Assembly: GCA_963701855.1 (NCBI GenBank) | Contig: CAVPBK010000006.1 | Location: forward strand, 1 to 64,000 | Source: Nitrospirota bacterium | GTDB taxonomy: Bacteria > Nitrospirota > Nitrospiria > Nitrospirales > Nitrospiraceae | DNA: 64,000 bases | Direction of reading: 5' to 3' | Part shown: positions 1 through 9,842 of the stretch, piece after piece | How the letters are laid out: every line of letters begins with the position of its first letter | Position numbering within the stretch: position 1 is the stretch's first letter | Position numbers and translations under genes: made by a program | Notes under the pieces: generated by a model | What the model was told of the DNA's origin: nothing | The model's input: the letters and a program-made list of their open reading frames with translations, nothing else | The model's database searches: none

Positions 1-758
1 AGAATCACTTCCCAGAGCCTTTCGCGTTGAATCGAATTCCCAGAGTGGTTCCCAGAGAGCTGCAGGAATTCGGCTCAGAACGACAAACGACAGTTGGTCA
101 CCCGGAAAATCGCGCAGTATTTCAGAAAGAGGGCGATGCCTTGTTCTCCAAACTTGGTATTTATCAGAACCTTGTGGAAGAGAATAAAAGTCTCTTGCGC
201 GAACTCCGTCTTGCATAAGCCAATGTTCATATTCGCATGCAATTTCTTGAGCAAGCCCCCGGATATCGTCATGATTCACTTTCTTGCGATAACGATAGAA
301 TTCATTCGGCTCCGCTTTTCGTCCGAGGAGTATTGATACAAGATCAGCGGATAAGGGAACTTACTGCTTCGCGATTTGAATTGACTGAGGAAATTGTCAA
401 TAAGAAAGCCTGCCACCCATGCACCTCGATTCTTCGGTGGTGCTCCTTTTCTACTCACATGAGTTCCTTCTGGCCAACCTCTTAGCCAACCACGAGCCTC
501 AATCGCTCGAACCATCCCGGGGCCTATGGCCTCTATAACAAGTTCAGCAAGCTCAGGGTTCATGTCCTGGGGATGTTGCCTCAACCATCTCCAGAGGTCT
601 CCCATTGCCGCCTGAACCTCGGGATGTTTGATACGAAACTGGGCACCGCATAGGAGAGCAGCGAAGAGCAACACTTCTGGCTCGGCCGAGGTTTCTCTTA
701 TGACATTGTCAATCCAGCGCTCCAGTTTCCTGGGGTTGGCATCAGGGAAGACTTGCAT
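1..758 (-). CDS. Hypothetical protein, frameshifted near 361, continues off the window
   Basis: ORF 276-758; adding one A near 361 continues it as SKVPLSADLVSILLGRK...HDDIRGLAQEIACEYEHW, open to position 1. Confidence 0.5.
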
Positions 759-948
759 GAGGCAGGTCTGCAGCGTCGAGGCTCTGCTTTTTGGGCTTCT
801 GATTTCGTCGAAGCCAGGGTGTTTTGGAATATTCAGGGAGCCGTCCTCTTTTTATTGAGGCTGATCCGGAAGAAGGTGATGGAAATGTGGCCTTATCTCG
901 ATTTCTGTCACTAGGAAGCATCGGAGGAATACCTATATAGATTGTTGC

Positions 949-1236
949 ATGGAGACTGAGGGTACCACCGAGCCAACGGCGAATCAACGCAAGGACCTAC
1001 GAACGCGGTGTCCATTTTGTATCGCTATGATCGATGTGAACTTGGATAAACGAGACCGCCCCTACTGGGTCTGCGTGTCATGTCAGACGCGCACCTTTGC
1101 CACACGCATCACGCTCGAGCGTTTCATGGACTGGGGCTGGATTTGGAGGGATGAGCCCCCACTTGAGGCATTGCGAGAGTGGATAGATCAAGTCGCCATT
1201 GCCGCAGGACTGAAAAAGATAAAAGGAAAAGCACTC
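949..1236 (+). CDS. Small Zn-finger protein (CPFC...CVSC); fused to the primase N-terminus in this assembly
   Basis: Two CxxC motifs; AAGGA RBS-like sequence before GTG at ~1237 suggests the primase starts separately. Confidence 0.5.
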
Positions 1237-3571
1237 GTGGCTGACTCTGTGATCACAAAAGTCTTGGCCCATCTGAGTCAGGTTAAGCAGACCGGTCATG
1301 GATGGACCGCACAATGCCCAGGCCACGACGACCGCCAGAATAGTTTGTCGATCGCCGAAGGACAGGAGGGCCGGGTCCTCCTCAAGTGTTTTGCGGGTTG
1401 TGACGTGACTCAGATCGTGACGGCTCTTGGCCTCATGATGCAGGATCTATTTCCCGATCGGAGGCAGAGAGAGGAGCAGCCCCTCTCGAACGGGTCAACC
1501 GTGCAACAGGGATGGGTTGCACCCTGATCCAGTACTCTGAGGCTAAACAACTACCGGTAGAATTCCTTCGTGGTCTTGGGCTGAGTGACATGGTCTATCA
1601 AGGTCGGCCTGCGATCCGTATTCCATATCGAAACGGGCAGGGGAAAGAGGTTGCAGTCCGCTACCGTACTGCCCTCACTAAGTCCGATCAGGGCGATCAC
1701 CGATTTCGGTGGAAACAAGGCGCAAAGCCCTGCCTTTACGGATTGTGGTGGCTTGAGCTGATTCGATCTGCTGAGTCTGTAGTCTTAGTTGAGGGTGAAT
1801 CAGACGCGCAGACCTTGTGGCTACATGGCATACGAGCGCTCGGGTTGCCGGGGGCGGCGTTGTGGCAAGAGGCATGGGCGCAACACTTTGAAGGGGTCAC
1901 CACGATCTATGTGGTGGTCGAGCCGGATACTGGTGGGCAGGCGGTGCAGAAATGGCTGAGAAGCTCGGTGATCCGTGATCGAGTGCGGCTGCTGGATTTC
2001 AAAGATTCCAAAGACCCTCTCAACTCTACCTCAGTGATCCCCTGCGATTTCTGAAACCTGGCAATCCATTCAAGCTCAGGCGGTCCCCTACCGCGAAGTC
2101 ATACAACGCGAGGTGGAGGCCGAACAACAAGAGGCTTCGGCCTGCTGTAACGCCCTCGCACAGCATCCACACCTGCTCGATGCCTTTGTCGAGACCCTTC
2201 CCCAACTTGGAGTGGCCGGCGAGGAGCGAGCTGCAAAACTCCTCTATTTGGTCCTAACAAGCCGCGTCCTGAAGAAGCCGGTCTCGGCCATCGTGAAAGG
2301 CCCATCGTCGGCAGGAAAATCCTATCTCGTGGAACGAGTCTTGGAGTTTTTCCCCCCGAGTGCGTCATACGCCCTCTCGGCCATGTCCGAACGAGCCTTG
2401 GCCTATTCCAAAGAACCGTTGGTGCATCGGGTGCTGGTCTTGTATGAAGCCACCGCGCTGCAGGGGGAGCTTGGAACCTATCTCATACGTTCCCTATTGA
2501 GTGAAGGCTGCATTCGCTATGAGACCGTCGAAAGAACCAAGAACGGCATGGAACCCCGACTCATTTTCCGTGAGGGCCCGACGGTCTCTTAGTCACAACT
2601 ACGGCGATCAAGCTCCACCCGGAAACGAAACACGAATGCTCTCTATCCCTGTCTGCGATACGACCGGCAACCCGTCACGTTCTGTTGGCTCAAGCCGAAG
2701 GAACAAACCCCTGTAGTCGATCTCATCAGCTTGGCAGGCACTGCAAACCTGGATAGCCTGCGACACACCCCCCGTCACCATTCCATATGCGAAGCGCTGG
2801 CCAAGAGCAATCCCCCCAGTAGCCGTGCGGTTACGGCGAGACTTTGGGGCACTCCTCAACCTCATTCGTGCCCATACGCTGCTCCATCGGGCAACGCGAG
2901 CCTACATGGCAGACGGGACATTGGTTGCCTCCTTCGAGGACTATGCGGTCGTGCGTGAGTTGATCGCCGATCTGGTGGCAGACGGAGTGGATTCAAGCGT
3001 GTCTCCGCAGATTCGCGAAACCGTCGAGGCCGTGCGGATTCTCCAAGGTGATAGTGGCAAAGACATTTCGCAGGCAGCGGTCGCGACTCATCTCAAGCTA
3101 GACAAAGGGGCGACTTCTCGCCGGATTCGAGCGGCCGTTGACCGTGGCTATCTGAAAAACCTTGAAGACCGGAAAGGACGTCCTGCCAGGTTACAACCGG
3201 GAGAAGCTCTCTCCCCAGACGTGGACCTATTGCCTACTCCAAAAGCCATCGAGCGAGACTGTTGCACCGTTGCGCAGCAAACCGAAAGCAATACCCTCCC
3301 TTCTGAGGCAAGGGACTTTAGTCAGCACGAGACAGACCGCAACACCGGGGACACCGAGATCATTTTCCCCGACTCTCCAGATCTGGAGTCAACCGGCTGG
3401 CCAATTGCGTTGCCAAGATTTGGACCTGGAGAGCATACCGAGTTCGAGCAATGCCATGCCTGTCCGCAAGGGACATGGCAACGATATGGCGGAGTGCCAA
3501 TCTGTAATGCATCATGCGCTCGAACACTGGGAGAAACAGGGAGGTCCAAAAACGTTGTCTACGAATTGTGA
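1237..3571 (+). CDS. Primase-helicase: CHC2-like Zn finger, Toprim, P-loop AAA+ and wHTH; split by several frameshifts
   Basis: AQCPGHDD...LKCFAGC; VLVEGESD and EPD Toprim motifs; Walker A GPSSAGKS; single-base fixes join the ORF pieces (e.g. PTGLLVTTTAIKLHPENETRML). Confidence 0.8.
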
Positions 3572-3625
3572 CGGGCTGACCGATGGTGAGGACAAGGGAA
3601 ACCACACACAAGGAGAAAACGAATC

Positions 3626-4112
3626 ATGAACGAACCACGAGACAACCACGCTCGGGCCACTCCCGACCCCCCGTTTTCCGTGGAAACAAGTGCTGTTCAC
3701 AGCCGTAGCGGTGCTCGCCGTGGTGGGGCTCATCATCCTCATACGCAAGGGCGGCGGAGCAGCCTTAGCGACAGCTGCACCCGCTGTCGCGTTGAGTATG
3801 GTCCAGGCTCACAGGAGAGGACCGAGCGCTAGGGTCGAGCCCAAAGAACCGATCGACATGGAGTTTTTGAAGGCCCAGCTGCGACAGGGCGCGAGCGAGA
3901 AGGTGGTGGCCACTCCAACCGAGTTAAAAATTGTGCTGAACGGATTTTTTGAAGAGCACAATCTGCCTCCGCCGTTCGAATCGGAGCAGCAGATGGCGAA
4001 AATTCTCGCACCGCTGGGCCTGCAGTCGAAGGTCCGATCGATGCCAGGGCGATCGGAACGGCGGTGGTATGACCTAGCCGGTATGGAGGCCCATGAAACT
4101 CCAGCGCAGTAA
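3626..4112 (+). CDS. Hypothetical protein with one TM helix (frameshift near 3689)
   Basis: AAGGAG RBS before ATG 3626; hydrophobic stretch LFTAVAVLAVVGLIILI. Confidence 0.55.
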
Positions 4113-4905
4113 GCGTCAACACGAACAAGACGCTCGACAGCGGCTGATACGAGAAGCACTGGGTTTCGTGCGATCGGGTCAGTCTGTTGCCGAAGTGGCG
4201 CAGAAGACGGGTCTGCATCGCTTGGCGATCGAGCGAGGGCTCCGAGAAGGCTTCGATCGGCAACATGTGATCCGTCAGCATCTTCAAGCACGTGCAGGAC
4301 TGACCTCCCTCTTGCGCTATCCCGATCGGGGGCCGTGGGGGCAAAGCGGCTATATGGGTAATTGTCCTGGCTTCCTGATCGTAGATCTCCTCGACTACTT
4401 TAACCCCACCTCGGTGTTCGATCCCATGGAAGGGTCTGGCACAACTGGCCAAGTCTGCGCGGATCTCAACGTGGACTATGAAGGCCGCGACTTGCGAACG
4501 GGATTTGATCTGCTGTCAGGACTACTCCCCGATCGACAGTTCGATCTGGTGTTCTGGCATCCGCCCTATTGGCCGGGATTTCGGTACAGCGAACACCCCA
4601 ATGACTTCTCCACGGCCCGGACGATCACAGACTACCTCGATCGCGTTAAGGCAGGCTTCCAGCGACTGGCTGGACTGCTCACGCCGAACGGAAAGCTGGT
4701 GATCCTGATCGGCGATGGACGGAAGAGCGGCATGTTTTACCCGATTCATAGTGACGTCATCCGCTGGGGGGTGCTGCCTCTGGAGGCGATGCTGATCAAA
4801 GAAGGTGATCATGCCCGCCGTGCCCGACATTTTCGCTATGGTCCCACCCGCTTTATTCCCACCCTGCATGAATATGTGCTGATCTTCACACGAGGTGCCG
4901 GATGA
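4093..4905 (+). CDS. N-terminal HTH fused to an amino-type (N4/N6) DNA methyltransferase
   Basis: SVAEVAQKTGL HTH; SAM motif DPMEGSGTT; catalytic motif FDLVFWHPPYW. Confidence 0.8.
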   Translation: MKLQRSKRQHEQDARQRLIREALGFVRSGQSVAEVAQKTGLHRLAIERGLREGFDRQHVIRQHLQARAGLTSLLRYPDRGPWGQSGYMGNCPGFLIVDLLDYFNPTSVFDPMEGSGTTGQVCADLNVDYEGRDLRTGFDLLSGLLPDRQFDLVFWHPPYWPGFRYSEHPNDFSTARTITDYLDRVKAGFQRLAGLLTPNGKLVILIGDGRKSGMFYPIHSDVIRWGVLPLEAMLIKEGDHARRARHFRYGPTRFIPTLHEYVLIFTRGAG

Positions 4906-5488
4906 ACGTGGCACTGTATGCCCGTGTGAGTACCGATGGGCAAGATCCGGAATTGCAGCTCTCAGCCTTACGGGCCCATGCGGCCAATCGTGGTTGGGTG
5001 ATTACCGAGGAATTCATCGATCAGGGCTATTCCGGGTCAAAAGAAACACGTCCGGCGCTGCATCGGCTCATGAAGGCGGCCTGGACCGGGGGCCTACAGG
5101 CGGTGCTCGTCTGGCGGTTCGATCGGTTTGCCCGATCGGTCAAACACTTGATCAAAGCTCTGGAGGAGTTTCGCTCTCTCAACCTCAATTTCATTTCCTT
5201 GCAGGAACAGTTTGATACCTCGACGCCGATCGGGCAGGCCATGTTCACCATCATCGGGGTCATGGCCCAGCTCGAACGGGACATCATCCGCGAACGGGTT
5301 CGTGCGGGGTTGGCCCTTGCGGAGGCTCGCGGGATAAAGCTGGACGGCCGAAAGTCCGAATGAATCAAGAAGAGTTGATGTCCCTTAAGAGCAGCGGCCT
5401 GAGTCTCCACGACATGGCTCGACAGCTCCGCTGTAGCCGATCGACGGTTCGACGCCGCTTGAAAGAGGCTCAGCATGACACAGCCTAG
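4902..5488 (+). CDS. Serine recombinase (resolvase/invertase) with C-terminal HTH; frameshift near 5342
   Basis: YARVST and DRFARS motifs; one added G gives KLGRPK...GLSLHDMARQLRCSRSTVRR ending at TAG 5486-5488. Confidence 0.9.
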
Positions 5489-5675
5489 CGTGATCGAACC
5501 GCGCTTACTCTCCCAACACGAAGCCGCCCGTTACCTTGGGATTTCGTACTGGACCGTTCGAGACCTGGTGTTTCAACGGGAGATCCCGTTTATCAAGATC
5601 AGACGGCGAATCCTGGTAGACCGCCTTGATCTCGATGCCTACCTGGACCGGTCCAAAATCCACGCAGGCGCTTGA
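5475..5675 (+). CDS. Excisionase-like HTH DNA-binding protein
   Basis: LLSQHEAARYLGISYWTVRDLV...IPFIKIRRRILV; directly upstream of the integrase. Confidence 0.85.
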   Translation: MTQPSVIEPRLLSQHEAARYLGISYWTVRDLVFQREIPFIKIRRRILVDRLDLDAYLDRSKIHAGA

Positions 5676-5716
5676 CTATTGGCCCCCTGCGGAGCGATCG
5701 ATCAGGAAAGGTGGGT

Positions 5717-6795
5717 ATGGGACGAACCTATCAGCGCGGGAACATCTGGTGGATTCAGTACTACGGACAGGGACAACTGTTCCGCGAGAGCACCCGATCC
5801 AACCTCAAGTCCGCGGCAACTTCGCTCCTCAAACTGAGAGAGGGAGAGATCGGACAGGGTCGAATTCCAGCCCTGATGGCTGAGAGAACAACCTTTGAGG
5901 AACTCGCCGCCCTGTTTCTGCAGGACTATCAGATCAATGGGCGGAAAACCCTGCAGCGTGCCCAGGAACTGACGGCGCGATTACGGAAGACGTTTGGCCG
6001 GTTCCGAGCTTGCCGCATACATCGATCACATCCGCGGCTATATCGCTCCGCCGTCAATCGGAGGGGCTAGCCAATGGCACAATCAACCGCGAACTTGCAG
6101 CCCTCAAGCGGATGTTTCGGCTTGCCAGTCAGCAAACCCCTCCGCTAGTGGTCACCACGCCGCATATTCCCCATCTCCAGGAAAACAATGTGCGCCAGGG
6201 ATTCTTTACCGAGGACGAATTCAAAGTGCTCAGAGCCATCCTCCCTGATTATGTGAAGATGCCGCTGATCATGGCCTACTGGACCGGGATGCGGGCGGGA
6301 GAAATTCTCAAGTTGAAGTGGGATCAACTTGACCTGGAACAGGGTCTGCTTCGGTTGGAACCTGGAACGACAAAAAACAATCAAGGCAGGCTTATACCGT
6401 TGGTCAAGGAATTGACCGCAGCATTGTGGCAGTGGAAACAGCGGACATTGCACCGTTATCCCTCATGTTCGTGGGTATGCCACTACCGAGGGAAGCGGCT
6501 ACTCAACATACCGACGAAATCCTGGAGGAAAGCTTGCAAGCGGGTTGGGCTTGAGGGGAAACTGTTTCATGATCTGCGCCGAACGGCTATTCGCAATATG
6601 GTGCGAGCCGGGATTAGCGAACGAGTCGCGATGGTGATTTCTGGGCACAAGACAAGATCAGTATTCGATCGATACAATATTGTATGTAGTGCTGATCTAA
6701 TCGAAGCAAGGCAAAGAATTGAAAAGAGAGCTACGAATGGCTTTACTGAAAATGCTTCAGGAGAAGCTCTTGTACAAATGCCAACACGCTGTTAA
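5717..6795 (+). CDS. Tyrosine integrase, frameshifted at ~6015-6050
   Basis: Arm-binding-like N-terminus RGNIWWIQYY; TINRELAALKRMF; TGMRAGE, TKN, HDLRRT, SGHKT, RYNI catalytic motifs. Confidence 0.92.
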
Positions 6796-7399
6796 CGGAT
6801 GCCCGGTCAATCTTATCCCAATTGGCATGTAAAGCGTGATTCCTAAAACTCAGGTAACTGATCGCTATTCCAAGTTGAGGCGCAACAAGAATTCCTTTCG
6901 TTTTCAAAACATCGATAACATGGCTTAAATCGTCTTTCCCCATTATGCCAGCAAAACTCGTCCCCATTCTGCGAATAGTATCCTCGTATGCCGCAGCGGC
7001 AAGGACAGCAGCAACGTTCTTTGCGCTGTCTCCTGATTCATCAAGAACGATACGCGCAAGTTGAACCAAGTCAGTCAGAACCTCGCTTGTCAGCCGCCGT
7101 TGCAGACTACCAGTAAGACCTGAATCTAATTCCTGCTTGAGATTCCGAAGTGCTCCTCGTACAGCATGAATAAGCGTACCCATATTGTGCTGATAATTAT
7201 AAAGCTTGCTGTTTCGCAGTTCGTTGGCGACATCCTGCAGCGTTCTTGCTTGAGGGCTGTCTGGCCCATAGACGGCGGATAAAAGGGTTAGTGCCCCGCT
7301 GAACATTTGACTAGATACAGCGACCGCATCTGCTCGTGAACCTTGCTCACCGAGGGCGAGTAACGCTTCGATCCGGTCCTTTAAGGTCTGTAAATCCAT
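6743..7399 (-). CDS. HEPN-domain (DUF4145-like) protein
   Basis: AAVLAAAAYED helix and RNHALH (RxxxxH) motif; ATG 7399 chosen because the longer ORF overlaps the tRNA. Confidence 0.75.
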   Translation of the reverse strand: MDLQTLKDRIEALLALGEQGSRADAVAVSSQMFSGALTLLSAVYGPDSPQARTLQDVANELRNSKLYNYQHNMGTLIHAVRGALRNLKQELDSGLTGSLQRRLTSEVLTDLVQLARIVLDESGDSAKNVAAVLAAAAYEDTIRRMGTSFAGIMGKDDLSHVIDVLKTKGILVAPQLGIAISYLSFRNHALHANWDKIDRASVNSVLAFVQELLLKHFQ

Positions 7400-7417
7400 G
7401 AGTGTCTTCGTAACCTT

Positions 7418-7436
7418 GAGCACACTTTCGAGCACA
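7418..7436 (+). repeat. GAGCACA direct repeat with 12-bp period; putative integrase arm site
   Basis: GAGCACA-ctttc-GAGCACA about 50 bp from the tRNA 3' end; similar pair at 9167-9185. Confidence 0.55.
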
Positions 7437-7483
7437 GTACGGATACCAGAGGCAATGAGAAGCAAGCTAACTAATTGAATAAT

Positions 7484-7560
7484 TGGTGCCCCCGATACGA
7501 ATTGAACGTACGACAAACGGTTTAGGAAACCGCTGCTCTATCCAACTGAGCTACGGGGGC
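7484..7560 (-). tRNA. tRNA-Arg(CCT)
   Basis: GCCCCCGTAGCTCAGTTGGATAGAGCAGCGGTTTCCTAAACCGTTTGTCGTACGTTCAATTCGTATCGGGGGCACCA folds as a full cloverleaf with encoded CCA; anticodon at 7524-7526. Confidence 0.95.
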
Positions 7561-7635
7561 GTGGCGTGAATTTAGCGCACTTAGGGGTGGATTGGAAGCG
7601 GAGATTGAGGGCCCTGTGCCCATATCATCCCTATG

Positions 7636-7716
7636 AAGCTCGCGGTCGGCGCTATGACGGAAATCGTACCGGATGATCCCCGTCAAGCCAGCGTTCGAAC
7701 ATGCGATTCGCCAAGA
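7636..7716 (-). pseudogene. Tyrosine integrase C-terminal remnant
   Basis: SWRIACSNAGLTGIIRYDFRHSADREL aligns with SWRKACKRVGLEGKLFHDLRRTAIRNM of the neighbouring integrase. Confidence 0.7.
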
Positions 7717-7747
7717 GGCCGATTCTGTCATCGCCTTAGCCGGGACG

Positions 7748-8968
7748 TTAATTATTCACGGAAAGATACATTGTGACCCGCCCACTCTTCTTCACGTCAA
7801 TGAAATACACCCTGATCGCCGAATTCGCTCCTGGCTTAGTTGCCATGAATTTGTCTGTCTTGGTGTACAACTCTGTGTCAGAATCCTGATCGAGATCCGT
7901 TCCTGTCCAACCATCAGGCAGGCTGTTGCGCAACCGCTTCATGATATCCTTCACCGCTTCGTCGGCTTCAGACCTGTCGGAAAACTTGAATGTGCAGTTC
8001 CACCTGGCTCCATCAGAATCGTCTTTGTCTCTCACCAGACATTGCTTGGCACCGGCAAAGGCAACTTTCGACCGCCATGTTGTCCCGGTAGTATCCACAA
8101 CTTTATGTCCAGTGCGTAACGTTTTGAAGTCTCCGGGGGATGCCGTGAGAACGGCTTGAATCACTTCACGGTCGTCTTTCCCAGCGACGCTATCCCCCAC
8201 TTGATGGTTGTCGGACGGACAACCCTGCCCGGTGCAGGTAATCCGGTACATCGTCTGGTTCCACTTCATCTTTGAGAGAAATCTCTTGAAACTGACTTCA
8301 TATTGACCATCATTTTCTCCTGACATATCCATGTTTGGTTGATAGGGGTTCCCGATCCAGAGGAAGCGATCGTCTTCGAAGGGGAACGGATCATTCACGG
8401 TCAGCATCAGGTTTCCGGAGCGATCGTCGTAGCCCACGATGAGAGCCATATGTTGAGAGATGCCATTTACCTTGAATCCAGACGGGGAAACTCCAACAAT
8501 AATTGGGTGGCCTTCATTGAGCTCTTTTTTTACCTCTTCTTCGGAAAGGCTGCCGGCCTTCAATTGGACTGTCAGCGTGATATCTCCGGCCGCACCACCC
8601 CGTGTAGCCATTACAGGATACTGTTGAAGCATGCTCACCACGGTGGCTTCATTGCCAGCCGGGAGATCGCATTCAACGCAATTCGGCATCCCTGTGCAAA
8701 GGTTTCTACCCTGCACGACTCCACACTGATAGTCTGTCCGATGAGCAGCTGGCACGTAATAGTATTTGAAGACCATCTCCCCAACGGCTGCCCAACACCA
8801 ACTAGGGCGTTCCTGAAACACCGGAGAAATATGTAATTTAACCTCCGCTGCCATGGCCGGAATGACTGGCGCCAAGAGAACAAGCAACAGCCCGACTCCG
8901 AATGCCGTCAGTCTGTTTATCACTGCTTTCCTCTCCCCCACCCTTGATATCTCTCGATCAAGTTTCAA
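7748..8968 (-). CDS. Secreted papain-fold (C39-like) cysteine protease with extra C-terminal domain
   Basis: Signal peptide; QERPSWCWAA, QHMALIVGYD and VNDP give a Cys-His-Asp triad. Confidence 0.75.
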   Translation of the reverse strand: MKLDREISRVGERKAVINRLTAFGVGLLLVLLAPVIPAMAAEVKLHISPVFQERPSWCWAAVGEMVFKYYYVPAAHRTDYQCGVVQGRNLCTGMPNCVECDLPAGNEATVVSMLQQYPVMATRGGAAGDITLTVQLKAGSLSEEEVKKELNEGHPIIVGVSPSGFKVNGISQHMALIVGYDDRSGNLMLTVNDPFPFEDDRFLWIGNPYQPNMDMSGENDGQYEVSFKRFLSKMKWNQTMYRITCTGQGCPSDNHQVGDSVAGKDDREVIQAVLTASPGDFKTLRTGHKVVDTTGTTWRSKVAFAGAKQCLVRDKDDSDGARWNCTFKFSDRSEADEAVKDIMKRLRNSLPDGWTGTDLDQDSDTELYTKTDKFMATKPGANSAIRVYFIDVKKSGRVTMYLSVNN

Positions 8969-9287
8969 GCTCCCTCCTCAAAAAACTCATTGACCAAGTC
9001 TCCTTATAAAAGCGTCGTCCCCTTCAACATTCGATACCCCATCCACGTTATATGTTATATGGGAGAAGGGCATTGCTTCAATAGATATGGGTCCGCGTGG
9101 GTGGGCGTTGATCGCTCATGGACATCCCCTGAACTGTGCGACCAACGCCAAAAAGCCTCTTCTGGGTGTGCCCTTCTCTGTGTCCGTGAGGGGGCTTTAT
9201 ACCAACACCCACCACCCCCGTCATCCAACGAGATAACAAAAAACCCCTTGTAACCAGTGATGATCACAAGAGGCCTCTATTCTAAGC

Positions 9288-9329
9288 CAGTTTAGAAAAC
9301 CACTGCTCTATCTAATTGAGCTACGGGGC
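9288..9329 (-). pseudogene. Decayed 5' half of tRNA-Arg (att remnant)
   Basis: GCCCCGTAGCTCAATTAGATAGAGCAGTGGTTTTCTAAACTG; differs from the intact 5' half by transitions and one missing C; no T-arm follows. Confidence 0.85.
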
Positions 9330-9335
9330 ATGAAG

Positions 9336-9842
9336 TTAGCCATACCACCGATCGTCTTGTTTGCCGATTGACGTGGTGGCGGAGTCGTCGTAGGAAAGCG
9401 GTGCCGAGGCAAGCACCTCGTGAACCAACTGCATCAAGGCCTCAACGGAGAAGGGCTTCTGGAGAAAGGGCACGTGATCGATGACAGTTTGATACGCCTT
9501 GCGATCATGGTATGAGAAGCTCGACATTAAGATCACTCGAAACGACTTCTTCATGGCCAGGGCGCGTTGGATGATGTCCTGACCATGGACCCGTGGGTAC
9601 GGATTTTTTGTGGCGGCAAATTGAAAGCCCGGCGGAGGCAACATGAGATCGGTCAACAAAAGATCGATTGGCTCTTGGTGGGTGGACAAGATCTGTAACG
9701 CCTCCGGACTGCCTTCTGCTTCAAGGACAGTAAACCCTTCGGCACGGAGCGTCTTCACGCAGATCAACATCGTTGATGGGTCATCGTCGACGACCAAGAT
9801 CGTTTTTGCGAGGGATGAGCGCATAGGTACGGGGGTGTCCAT
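9336..9842 (-). CDS. Single-domain response regulator (receiver)
   Basis: ILVVDDD, DLLLTDLMLP and FLQKPF motifs. Confidence 0.9.
   Translation of the reverse strand: MDTPVPMRSSLAKTILVVDDDPSTMLICVKTLRAEGFTVLEAEGSPEALQILSTHQEPIDLLLTDLMLPPPGFQFAATKNPYPRVHGQDIIQRALAMKKSFRVILMSSFSYHDRKAYQTVIDHVPFLQKPFSVEALMQLVHEVLASAPLSYDDSATTSIGKQDDRWYG

Larger units (their letters stand above)
1..7520. mobile_element. Integrative element (island 1) at the 3' side of tRNA-Arg; left end outside the window
   Basis: Primase-helicase, MTase, resolvase, Xis-like and tyrosine integrase genes run toward the tRNA 3' end; GAGCACA direct repeat at 7418-7436 near the junction. Confidence 0.85.
7521..9329. mobile_element. 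Decayed islet (island 2) bounded by direct repeats of the tRNA-Arg 5' half
   Basis: 5'-half copy at 9288-9329, integrase remnant at 7636-7716, TGTG(C/T)CC repeats at 7615 and 9167-9185. Confidence 0.7.
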
